From positions 1 to 43,988 of the forward strand of contig JBFHFJ010000001.1 in assembly GCA_041583655.1 (NCBI GenBank): a stretch of DNA of 43,988 nt, read 5' to 3'. The notes beneath the pieces were generated by a model. That model worked only from the letters and a program-made list of their open reading frames with translations. It was not told the origin of the DNA and searched no databases. Origin of the DNA: Haliea sp. Lineage in GTDB: Bacteria > Pseudomonadota > Gammaproteobacteria > Pseudomonadales > Halieaceae. The number at the start of each line of letters is the position of its first letter. Position 1 is the first letter of the stretch. Below are positions 35,465 to 43,972 of this stretch, piece by piece. A program made the position numbers and the translations under genes.

Positions 35465-37087
35465 TCAGTTCGAACCTCCCACCTTTTGCATGTTGAAGCC
35501 TTCCCACTGATTCGCCATTACCTGGTGCAGGATGCGGCGATAGCCGCGTACACCGCCAGAGTAGGGCATGAACACGTGCGGTTTGCCGGGCACTTCGTCA
35601 CCCATGTAGTAGGAGCGAGCCTTGGGGTAGAGCGTCTCCTGTGAGCGCTCATTCACGTGCTGAACCCACTCCTGCTCCGCGTCGCGCCGCGCCTCGACCT
35701 CGTTGAGATCGCGGGCATTCATATCCGCAATCAGGTCGCGAATGAAGTCCGCGTGCTCCTCGGTGGAGACCAGCACGTTGCTGAGCAGGGATGGGCTACC
35801 GGGTCCCACCATGATAAAGAGGTTGGGGAAACCCGCGGTGCTGAGGCCCAGATAGTTGGCCGGACCATCGCCCCACTTCTGTTTCAATGTGACGCCGCCG
35901 CGACCGACAATTGTCGGTGCCAGAATGGAGCCGGTAAAGACGTCGAAACCGGTGGCGAAGATGATCATGTCCAGAGGGTATTCGCCGGCTTCGGTGCGGA
36001 TGCCGCTGGCGGTGAACTCGAGGATGGGGTGCTCCCTGATATCAACCAGTTCAACATTGTCGCGGTTGAACGCTTCGTAGAACTGGTGATCCACCGATGG
36101 CCGCATGGTGCCAAAGGGAAACCCGCGCGGGGTGAGTTTTTCGCGCACCGCCGGGTCATGAACTTTCTCGGCGATCTTGCGGTGTACAAACTCCACCACC
36201 CTGTCGTTGGCTTCCTCATTCAGCAGGATGTCGTGATAGGCGAGGGCAAAGCCGAAACCCAGGCGGTTCCAGGCTTTCTCCAGCACCTGTTCACGAACCT
36301 CGGGGGGGTCTTCCAGCAGCGACTTCTTGTTGGGGATGAAGCCCAGGCCGCTGGGAGAGTTGCGGGCCTGTTCTCGTCGAGCCTGGTAGCCCGCTTTTAT
36401 GGTCGCGTCTTCCTCGTCGCTGATATGCGCGTGACAGGCGGGGATGCTGTAGTTTGCTGTACGTTGGAATACGCAGAGGTGGGCGGCCTGCTCGGCAATG
36501 ACGGGTGTCATCTGTACTCCGGAGGAGCCGGTGCCGATAATGCCGACACGCTTGCCGGTAAAGTCCACCGGATGACGAGGCCACAGTGCGCTGTGGTAAA
36601 CCTCGCCCTGAAAGCTGGCCTCACCGGGGAATTCGGGTTTCTTCGGTTTTGACAGCTGTCCCACAGCCATCACCACAAATCGTGCCGTAATGGTCTTGCT
36701 ATTGCTGGTGGCTACTGTCCAGTTCGCGGCAGACTCGTTGTAGGTGGCGGATTCCATCCGTGTGCTGAACAGGATGTCCTTGCGCAGCTCAAACTTGTCC
36801 GCCACGTAGCGAATATAGTCGAGAATTTCGCCCTGCTGCGCATAGCGCTCGGTCCAGCGCCACTCCTGCTCGAGTTCCTCGGAAAACCCGTAGGAGTAAT
36901 CATAACTTTCTACATCACAACGCGCGCCCGGATAGCGATTGTAGTTCCAGACACCGCCGACTTCATCCGATGCCTCGATTACCAGGCACTGCAGTCCCTG
37001 CCTGCGCAGGGTGTACAGGGCGCGCAAGCCCGCAAAGCCAGCACCGACAATCAGCACGTCGATCATGTTCCCGGGTTTCGTAGCCAT
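35465..37087 (-). CDS. Type I Baeyer-Villiger monooxygenase (cyclohexanone/phenylacetone/steroid monooxygenase-like)
   Basis: GAGFAG, GGVWNYNRYPGARCDVES, FQGEVYHSALWP, GTGSSG, FATGFD. Confidence 0.93.
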   Translation of the reverse strand: MATKPGNMIDVLIVGAGFAGLRALYTLRRQGLQCLVIEASDEVGGVWNYNRYPGARCDVESYDYSYGFSEELEQEWRWTERYAQQGEILDYIRYVADKFELRKDILFSTRMESATYNESAANWTVATSNSKTITARFVVMAVGQLSKPKKPEFPGEASFQGEVYHSALWPRHPVDFTGKRVGIIGTGSSGVQMTPVIAEQAAHLCVFQRTANYSIPACHAHISDEEDATIKAGYQARREQARNSPSGLGFIPNKKSLLEDPPEVREQVLEKAWNRLGFGFALAYHDILLNEEANDRVVEFVHRKIAEKVHDPAVREKLTPRGFPFGTMRPSVDHQFYEAFNRDNVELVDIREHPILEFTASGIRTEAGEYPLDMIIFATGFDVFTGSILAPTIVGRGGVTLKQKWGDGPANYLGLSTAGFPNLFIMVGPGSPSLLSNVLVSTEEHADFIRDLIADMNARDLNEVEARRDAEQEWVQHVNERSQETLYPKARSYYMGDEVPGKPHVFMPYSGGVRGYRRILHQVMANQWEGFNMQKVGGSN

Positions 37088-37166
37088 CGGATTCTCCTGT
37101 TGGTGTTAGCGGTCCATTGGCGGTCGCGGCTGCGGTTGGATTACCCCGAGCGCACTGGTCAAATTA

Positions 37167-37204
37167 TCAACAACAACGTTGCATCAAGTCAACATATGTG
37201 TTGA
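37167..37204. promoter_or_regulatory. Operator copy 8 plus a degenerate copy in the divergent BVMO/MaoC promoter
   Basis: TCAACATATGTGTTGA (37189-37204, identical to copy 1) and TCAACAACAACGTTGC (37167-37182). Confidence 0.78.
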
Positions 37205-37291
37205 AATATTTGAGCCTGGGGTTTGGCCTGAGCCATGATTGCAGCTCACTGCGACAATCGCGGGGCGGCAACAGCGGAGGAATATGACAGC

Positions 37292-37735
37292 ATGAACGAA
37301 CGCAGCAGCGATTTCCCTTCCATGCGGATAACCGCAGACACGCCAATTGGCTATGAACTACAGCCGGTAAAAAAGCGGGCCGTGATCCAGTTGATGGGCT
37401 CCCGGCTCTGGGGCCGATTCAATCCCAACCACTGGGACCCCGATTACGCCTCCTCGACCGGTCTCGATGCCCCGATCCAGACCGGCGAGATGTCCTCGGC
37501 CTACATCGCCGAGATGTGCGTCAATCACTTCGGCGCCGACCTGTTTCGCAATGCGCGTGTGGTCTGCAAATACGTCGCCTCGACGCTGGCCAATGAAGTC
37601 ATTACCACCCACGGCGTGGTCAGGGAGAAGACGGCGGAGGGCGATGGTTTTCGTTTCAGGGTAGAGGTCTGGTGTGACAACGAGGCAGGCGAGAAAAAGA
37701 CCGTGGGCTGGGTCGAAGCCAGCGTCGGCGCCTGA
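37292..37735 (+). CDS. MaoC-like hot-dog fold (R-specific hydratase-like) protein
   Basis: FNPNHWDPDYA...GLDAPIQTG variant of the D.NP.H.D hydratase motif; ATG 37292 follows GGAGG. Confidence 0.75.
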   Translation: MNERSSDFPSMRITADTPIGYELQPVKKRAVIQLMGSRLWGRFNPNHWDPDYASSTGLDAPIQTGEMSSAYIAEMCVNHFGADLFRNARVVCKYVASTLANEVITTHGVVREKTAEGDGFRFRVEVWCDNEAGEKKTVGWVEASVGA

Positions 37736-37789
37736 CAGCGTGGAAAGGCGACCGCAGGGTGAAACGCCGCGACAGGAAGGAGCAGGGCA

Positions 37790-38326
37790 GTGAAAGAATC
37801 GAAGGCAATATTAGACAGCTTGCGTCCCCAGAGTGACGTCCAGGTTCAGCAGACGAAGGCATTTATCAAGGAACTTGAGCAGAAGTGCCAGACCTACTGG
37901 GATATGGTAGAGGTCGGTGATGAGCTGTCACGGGAGCTCTATATCACGCCGGAGCTGGTCATCCTCTATGCCGACGGTGTTGAGGATTTCAATCCCTGGT
38001 ACGAGGCGTGGCGAATGAATTCCTGGCGCATTCCTGGCGATTCGCCGTTTGGCGGCGCAATCGTGCCGCCCCTGCTGGTGTCCCATTTTGTTCTCTCGGT
38101 TCAGTTCGATCACACCCGACCCTTCGCGATTGGCTCGATTCACACCTATCACGACTCGGAAATTCTGGCGCCTATTCCGGTGGGGGCGACGGTTCGCATT
38201 ACGACGCGTGCCGTGGACAAATATGAAAAGCGCGGCCGTCGTTATGTGCGTCACGATGCCGAGGTGGTAGACACGGAGGACGGCACGGTCTACTTCCGCG
38301 AAACCCGCGACATCCTGTCCCTGTAG
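37790..38326 (+). CDS. MaoC-like hot-dog fold protein (partner subunit)
   Basis: YADGVEDFNPWY, SPFGGAIVPP, PIPVGATV...DKYEKRGRRYV. Confidence 0.72.
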   Translation: MKESKAILDSLRPQSDVQVQQTKAFIKELEQKCQTYWDMVEVGDELSRELYITPELVILYADGVEDFNPWYEAWRMNSWRIPGDSPFGGAIVPPLLVSHFVLSVQFDHTRPFAIGSIHTYHDSEILAPIPVGATVRITTRAVDKYEKRGRRYVRHDAEVVDTEDGTVYFRETRDILSL

Positions 38327-38338
38327 GAGCCAGCCAAG

Positions 38339-38779
38339 ATGCTTGATCAAACCAGCTTTGTTGTCGACGGCTTGATGGTAGAAGGTCCCGACGGGACCCG
38401 TTTGTGCGCTTCTTTCTGTGACGGCTGCGGCACGGTGTATTTCCCTCGACCAGTCAGTTGTCGCAACCCCGAATGCTCCTCAAAGGCGCTTCAGGACAGG
38501 CTGCTGGAGGGCCGGGGGACGCTGTACAGCTTTACGATCCAGCGCTACCAGCCGCCTGCATTGTTCCGGATCGACAACTGGGAGCCCTATGCGCTGGGCC
38601 TGGTGGAGCTGCCAGAGGGGCTTCAGGTGATGGGGATGTTGTCCGGGTTTGACCTCGACAACATCCGCATTGGCGAGCCGGTCAAGCTGGTATCCGAATG
38701 CCTGTTCACGGATCCGGAGCGAGGCCGGGTGATGACCTACAAGTTTGCTCCGGAAATGTCGGGGGGGAGCCCACAGTGA
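38339..38779 (+). CDS. DUF35 (zinc ribbon + OB-fold) protein, BbsA/ChsH2 C-terminal-like
   Basis: CDGCG..YFP...CRNPEC, GRGTLYSFT, PYALGLVELPEG, IGEPV. Confidence 0.88.
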   Translation: MLDQTSFVVDGLMVEGPDGTRLCASFCDGCGTVYFPRPVSCRNPECSSKALQDRLLEGRGTLYSFTIQRYQPPALFRIDNWEPYALGLVELPEGLQVMGMLSGFDLDNIRIGEPVKLVSECLFTDPERGRVMTYKFAPEMSGGSPQ

Positions 38780-39966
38780 GACCAGTATATGTCCTTGGTG
38801 CCGGCGCCCACCCGTGGGGTAAATGGCCAAACAAGCCGCAGGTTGCCATGGCCGTGGAGGCCCTGCAGGCCGCGTTCGCGGATGCCGGCCTGGGGTGGCA
38901 GCACATTGAAGGCCTGGTGGCCGCCAGCTCCCGCTTTGAGGGTGGCATGGGCTGGGGGCTGCATGCCAATGAAATTGTGCAGACGGTCTCGGAGCAGGGA
39001 ATTCCCTGCATTAACGTGGGCGGCGCCTGTGCCGCGGGTGTCATCGCCTTCCAGACGGCCTGGGCGATGATCGCCAGTGGCCAGCACGAAGCGGTCGCGG
39101 TAGTGGGTGCCGAGCGAATGCCCAAAGGGTTTATTCCGCGCCCGCCCGGTAGCCAGGATGATATCAGCGACTCCGACTACCTGCGCTGGGTCACCATGGG
39201 TGCTACCAATCCGGCCTATTGGGCGCTGGAGGCGCACCGCCGTTTTCATGACTTTGGCACCACGCATGAGACGCTGGCACTGGCTTCAGTCCTGATGCGC
39301 AACAATGCATCGGGCAATCCCTATGCCCGCTACCGTGAGGCGTTGACGGTGGCCGAAGTACTGGCATCGCCCATGGTGTCGGATCCGCTGCACCTGCTGC
39401 AGATCTGCCCGGTAAGCGATGGCGCTGCAGCCCTGGTGCTGGGCAGTGAGCGATTTCTTCAGCGCGTCGCCAGGGATCCTGTGCAGGTTGCAGGCTGCGC
39501 CGTTGGTTCGGGCCAGTTTGGCGACCCGGCCCGGCGTATTCCCACCATCGCCAACAACCTGCTGCCGGGTGTGGCGCATACCAGCGAAGTGGTCGGTGCG
39601 GTCGGTCGTGCGCTGGAGATGGCGGGAATGGGCCCGAAGGATGTCGATATTCTGGAGATGGCCGACAATTCGGTCTGGCATCTGCTGGCGTGGCCTGAGT
39701 TGTTCGGATTTGTCGAGCCGGGCCAGAGCGACTGGATGCTGGAGAATGGCCGCTATGCCCGGGATGGAGACCTGGCGCTCAATCCCGGAGGCGGCTTCCT
39801 GTCCTTTGGTGAAGCGACCACGGCGCAGGCGGTGCTGCAGGTCTGTGAACTGACCTGGCAACTGCGCGGGGAGGCCGAGGGGCGGCAGGTACCGGGGGCG
39901 AAGGTGGGCATGTCTGCAGTCCTGGGGCTGGGTGCCAACGGTGGTTCGGTCATACTCAAACGCTAG
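38776..39966 (+). CDS. SCP2/Ltp-type thiolase-superfamily protein with atypical catalytic motifs
   Basis: GTG 38776 overlaps the DUF35 stop; GAGAHPWGK, NVGGACAAG, CPVSDGAAA, NPGGGFLSFGEA, QLRGEAEGRQVPGA. Confidence 0.87.
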   Translation: MRPVYVLGAGAHPWGKWPNKPQVAMAVEALQAAFADAGLGWQHIEGLVAASSRFEGGMGWGLHANEIVQTVSEQGIPCINVGGACAAGVIAFQTAWAMIASGQHEAVAVVGAERMPKGFIPRPPGSQDDISDSDYLRWVTMGATNPAYWALEAHRRFHDFGTTHETLALASVLMRNNASGNPYARYREALTVAEVLASPMVSDPLHLLQICPVSDGAAALVLGSERFLQRVARDPVQVAGCAVGSGQFGDPARRIPTIANNLLPGVAHTSEVVGAVGRALEMAGMGPKDVDILEMADNSVWHLLAWPELFGFVEPGQSDWMLENGRYARDGDLALNPGGGFLSFGEATTAQAVLQVCELTWQLRGEAEGRQVPGAKVGMSAVLGLGANGGSVILKR

Positions 39967-39998
39967 CGGGCCGCTGACAGTTTTGGCAGGAGAGGCTG

Positions 39999-41726
39999 AT
40001 GATGAGCAAGCAGGAATCCGTCGGGCAGCGCCAGCAGGCACTGGAGAGCCGCCATCCGGTGTGGCGGCCCCGTACCCTGGACCAGCTGCTGGCTGATGTC
40101 GCCCGGGAGTGGCCCGAGCGCGACCTCGTAATCACTGACGCCAGAACCTACAGTTACCGCGACATGGATGAGTGGGCTACGCGCCTGGCTCACGGCCTGC
40201 GCCAGGCGGGTGTTCGCCGCGGTGACCATGTCGCCCTGGTGATGGCCAACTATCCCGAGTTTGTTGCCCTCAAGTTTGCCATCTCCCGAGCCGGGGCCAC
40301 CGCTGTCCCCATCAATTTTCTCAACCGTCGCGACGAGCTGGCCTATGTGCTTGAGCAATCGGATGCCCGTTGCCTGGTGACCATGGACAGCTTCCGCAAC
40401 CTGGACTACCTCGACATGCTTGATCAGCTGGCGCCGGGCTGGGAGCGTGCGGGAGGCGGGGCCCGGTTTCCCGAACTTGAGCGGGTGTTTGTTTTTCCCT
40501 GTTCCGGCGAACCACTGCGCCCGGGCGCAAGGCCGCTAACCGAGCTCGATAGTGGCAGCGCGGCACCGGCGTCGGGTGCGCGGGGGGACTCGCAGGGCGT
40601 TGCCGATCTTATCTATACCTCGGGCACGACCGGCGGCCCCAAGGGCGTCATGTTGAGCCACGACATGTTGCTGCGCACGGCCTACGGCAGCGCCTACGGC
40701 AGGGCCTTCCAGGGCGGTCGGCGGATTCTGTTCGCGATGCCGATGTACCATGTCTATGGTTATGTCGAGGGTCTGCTGGCCGCACTGATGGTGGGCGGAG
40801 CGATCATTCCCCAGCTGCAGTTTGATCCCGCCGAGACTTTGCGCGCGGTTGCCGAGCACCAGGCCAACGATATTCTCCTGATCCCGACCATGACCCTGGC
40901 TCTGCTGGAACAACTGGAAAAGCAGCCCCGCGCCCTGGCGTCGCTCACCGCCATGCTGTCTTCGGGCGGGAAATCGCCCCCGGGTATCTGGGGTCGAATC
41001 GCTGCCGCTTTTGGCCCGCTTGAAGTGACCACCGGCTACGGCATGACCGAGGCCACAGCATCCTCTACCGTCACCCGCCCCGACGATCCCCCCGAGCGGT
41101 TGTACACAAGCAACGGTCGTCTGCGGGATGTCGGTGCGGCAGGGGGTCCGGATAACGGCGGCAGGCTGGTTGTCTACCGGGTCGTGGACTCCGCCTCCGG
41201 TGCTGAATTACCCCGCGGTTCCCTGGGGGAATTGCGCATGAAAGGTATCGGGGTTACCCGGGGCTATTACAACAAGCCCGCCGAGACTGCCGCGGCCTTC
41301 GACGAGGAGGGCTGGTTTCGTACCGGAGACCTCGGCATCCTGGACGGGGAAGACTACATCACGCTCATGGGGCGCACCAAGGAGAGCTACCGCTGTGGCG
41401 GCGAACTGGTGTTGCCGCTGGAGGTAGAACAGGTCCTCGCGATGCACCCCGCGGTCGGCGAGGTGCATGTGGTGGCCGTGCCGGATACGAAAATGGGGGA
41501 GGTGGGCGTTGCCTGTGTGGTGGCGCCCCAGCAGCCGGCGACGACGGCGGATGAGCTGATTGCGTACTGCATGCCCCGGCTGGCCCGCTTCAAGGTGCCG
41601 AAACACGTCATATTCATCCGCCCGGAGCAGGTGCCGGTCACCGCCACCGGGCGCCCCCGCAAGTTCCTCTTGGCGGAGCTCGCACAGGAGTTGTTGGCGG
41701 AACAATGTGCGAGGAATCGACGATGA
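39999..41726 (+). CDS. Acyl-CoA synthetase / AMP-binding enzyme
   Basis: YTSGTTGGPKG, GYGMTE, GWFRTGDLG, GRTKESYRCGGE, RFKVPK. Confidence 0.92.
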   Translation: MMSKQESVGQRQQALESRHPVWRPRTLDQLLADVAREWPERDLVITDARTYSYRDMDEWATRLAHGLRQAGVRRGDHVALVMANYPEFVALKFAISRAGATAVPINFLNRRDELAYVLEQSDARCLVTMDSFRNLDYLDMLDQLAPGWERAGGGARFPELERVFVFPCSGEPLRPGARPLTELDSGSAAPASGARGDSQGVADLIYTSGTTGGPKGVMLSHDMLLRTAYGSAYGRAFQGGRRILFAMPMYHVYGYVEGLLAALMVGGAIIPQLQFDPAETLRAVAEHQANDILLIPTMTLALLEQLEKQPRALASLTAMLSSGGKSPPGIWGRIAAAFGPLEVTTGYGMTEATASSTVTRPDDPPERLYTSNGRLRDVGAAGGPDNGGRLVVYRVVDSASGAELPRGSLGELRMKGIGVTRGYYNKPAETAAAFDEEGWFRTGDLGILDGEDYITLMGRTKESYRCGGELVLPLEVEQVLAMHPAVGEVHVVAVPDTKMGEVGVACVVAPQQPATTADELIAYCMPRLARFKVPKHVIFIRPEQVPVTATGRPRKFLLAELAQELLAEQCARNRR

Positions 41727-42472
41727 GCAAGGTGGCAGTGGTAACGGGCAGTGCCCGCGGTATCGGCGCGGCTATCGCGCTGCGTTTGGCCCGCGACGGC
41801 CTTGATGTGGCGATCCTGGACCTGGACGCCACCCGCTGCGCGGACACCGTGGCAGCGGTCCAGGCGCTAGGTCGCCGGGCAATGGCGGTGACCGTGGACG
41901 TGACCGACGAGGCTTCCGTGGCAGCGGCCGCCGCTCGCGTCGCGGAAGAACTGGGGCCACCTCTGGTGCTGGTGAACAATGCCGGCATCATGAGCTCGCG
42001 CATGGCTCATCGCATGAGTCTGGGCGAGTGGGAGCTGGTGCTGGATGTGAACCTGCGCGGCGCCTTCCTGATGAGCCGGGAACTGCTGCCGTTTATGCGC
42101 GAAGCGAAATGGGGCCGGATCATCAATCTTTCCAGTACAGGCGCCCTGGGCCTGGTTGGCGGTGCCAACTACGCTGCGGCCAAGGCGGGTGTACAGGGCC
42201 TGACCAAGACCCTGGCCCTGGAGCTGGGGCCGTTCAACGTCACTGCCAATGCGATTGCACCGGGCTTTGTGGTCACCGATATGACACGCAGTATGGCGCG
42301 GGAGGTCGGCGTCACAGTCGAGGAGATGGAGGCGGACATGGTGAAGGACATCGCCGTTGGTCGTGCCGGCACCCCTGACGATATTGCCCATGCGGTGGCG
42401 TTCTTTGCCGACGAGCGCTCTTCCTTTGTCTCCGGCCAGGTGCTCTACGTGGCGGGCGGCCCGAAGACCTGA
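41723..42472 (+). CDS. FabG-like SDR (3-oxoacyl reductase family)
   Basis: TGSARGIG, NNAG, NYAAAK, NAIAPG; ATG 41723 overlaps the ligase stop. Confidence 0.92.
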   Translation: MSKVAVVTGSARGIGAAIALRLARDGLDVAILDLDATRCADTVAAVQALGRRAMAVTVDVTDEASVAAAAARVAEELGPPLVLVNNAGIMSSRMAHRMSLGEWELVLDVNLRGAFLMSRELLPFMREAKWGRIINLSSTGALGLVGGANYAAAKAGVQGLTKTLALELGPFNVTANAIAPGFVVTDMTRSMAREVGVTVEEMEADMVKDIAVGRAGTPDDIAHAVAFFADERSSFVSGQVLYVAGGPKT

Positions 42473-42489
42473 CCCGCCCCGGTCTTCCC

Positions 42490-43263
42490 TTACTGGATGA
42501 TCGCTACCGCGCGCGTCCAGCCCGCAGAGGCTCCACGAATCTTGCAGGGGAAACAGGAGACCTCGAAGCCGGACGGCGGCAGGGCTTCCAGGTTGTGCAG
42601 CTTTTCCAGGTGGCAGTAGCCGATGTCGCGTCCGGCCTTGTGGCCCTCCCAGATCAGGCCCGCATCTCCGGTTGCCTCGTAACGTTGCCCGGTGTGGACG
42701 AAGGGCGCATCCCAGCTCCAGCCGTCGGTGCCGGTCACCCGTACACCGCGCTCCAGCAAATACATGGTGGCCTCGTAGCCTATGCCGCAACCGGCTGACA
42801 CGTAATCGTCACTGCCGTAGCGGGCCCCGGCGGCCGTGTTGACGAGGACAATCTCCAGCGGTTTCAGGGTGTGGCCAATCCGCGCCAGCTCCTTCTCAAC
42901 GTCCGCAGCGGTCACCACGTAGCCGTCCTCGAAATGGCGAAAGTCCAGCTTGACCCCGGGCTGGAAGCACCAGTCCAGCGGCACCTCGTCGATGGTAATG
43001 GCGCGTTCGCCGCCATTCATGGTGGAGGCGAAGTGCCAGGGTGCGTCGAGGTGCGTGCCGTTGTGGGTAATCAGCTCGACCTTCTCGATGGCCCAGCCCT
43101 CGGCGTCAGGCAGGTCTTTAGCCTGCAGGCCGGGGAAAAAACCGAGGATGTCCGGAAGGGATGCCTGGTGGTCTATATAGTGGATTTTTGGCTGGTAACC
43201 GGGCGGGTCCGAGATGACATCGTTTTCAAAGTAGATGGAAAGATCGATTATCTGCCTGCTCAT
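42490..43263 (-). CDS. Cyclase-family metallohydrolase (kynurenine formamidase/isatin hydrolase-like)
   Basis: HNGTHLDAPWHF metal motif, GTDGWSWD, HLEKL, RAVA; ATG 43263 follows GAGGA. Confidence 0.9.
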   Translation of the reverse strand: MSRQIIDLSIYFENDVISDPPGYQPKIHYIDHQASLPDILGFFPGLQAKDLPDAEGWAIEKVELITHNGTHLDAPWHFASTMNGGERAITIDEVPLDWCFQPGVKLDFRHFEDGYVVTAADVEKELARIGHTLKPLEIVLVNTAAGARYGSDDYVSAGCGIGYEATMYLLERGVRVTGTDGWSWDAPFVHTGQRYEATGDAGLIWEGHKAGRDIGYCHLEKLHNLEALPPSGFEVSCFPCKIRGASAGWTRAVAIIQ

Positions 43264-43322
43264 GGGAGGTTCCTCGCTGTAGAGCGCGGTGGAATGGCGG
43301 CTCTGCAGCGTATGGTAGCAAT

Positions 43323-43338
43323 TCAACAGATATGTTGA
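43323..43338. promoter_or_regulatory. Palindromic operator copy 9, upstream of the cyclase-family gene
   Basis: TCAACAGATATGTTGA. Confidence 0.78.
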
Positions 43339-43354
43339 CAATCTCTGTTTGGGC

Positions 43355-43972
43355 TTATTGCCGGCAGACAATACTCTCGAACATGCCCCTTGCCTCCTCC
43401 AGCTTGTCGAAGATGGGATAGCTGCTGTCCATGGCCCAGCTTACCGTGAGCACGTTCAGGGTGCCGACCACCATGGAAGCGAGGATTTCGGGGCTGAAGG
43501 TTGCGCGGGTATCGCCCTGCTCCTGGCCCGCGGTGAACAGGCGGGCAAAGCTGTCCAGGGCGGAATTGTTGATTTCGCGCTGGGTCTCCGGGTCGTTCGC
43601 AAAGACGGTGGGCGCGGCGAGGATCAGCTGCCGGTCGATGTCCTCGTAGCCGGCAAAGGTGGTCTCGATAAAGTCGATCATGGCTTCCAGGCGGCCCCGG
43701 GTACTGGCGTGATTCCTGATCAGTGCTTCCAGCATCGGCCCGGACTGGCTGTACAGTCTGGATACCCCCAGGCCCCCCAGCAGAGCGTGCTTGTTGGGGA
43801 AGTAGCTGTAGAAAGTGCGTCGCGCAACATCGGCTTCTGTGCAGATCTGCTCGATGCTGGTCTCGTCAATGCCCTGGCGCCGGAACAGTTCATAGGCGGC
43901 GTCCTCAATACGCGCCCTGGTCTCAAGCTTGCGCTTCTCCCTGCGTCCCTGTGGTGCCTCGGCTAAACCCAT
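43355..43972 (-). CDS. TetR/AcrR-family regulator
   Basis: RREKRKLETRARIEDAAYELFRRQGIDETSIEQICTEADVARRTFYSYFPNK. Confidence 0.93.
   Translation of the reverse strand: MGLAEAPQGRREKRKLETRARIEDAAYELFRRQGIDETSIEQICTEADVARRTFYSYFPNKHALLGGLGVSRLYSQSGPMLEALIRNHASTRGRLEAMIDFIETTFAGYEDIDRQLILAAPTVFANDPETQREINNSALDSFARLFTAGQEQGDTRATFSPEILASMVVGTLNVLTVSWAMDSSYPIFDKLEEARGMFESIVCRQ

Noticed and set aside
38761-38767. G7 tract as a phase-variation site
   Set aside because: Short, both flanking frames are intact, and it doubles as the SD region for the GTG at 38776.
12932-43338. The recurring 16-bp palindrome as a CRISPR repeat, REP element or transposon end
   Set aside because: Copies are kilobases apart, have no spacer periodicity or cas/transposase genes, and sit at promoter positions rather than after stop codons.
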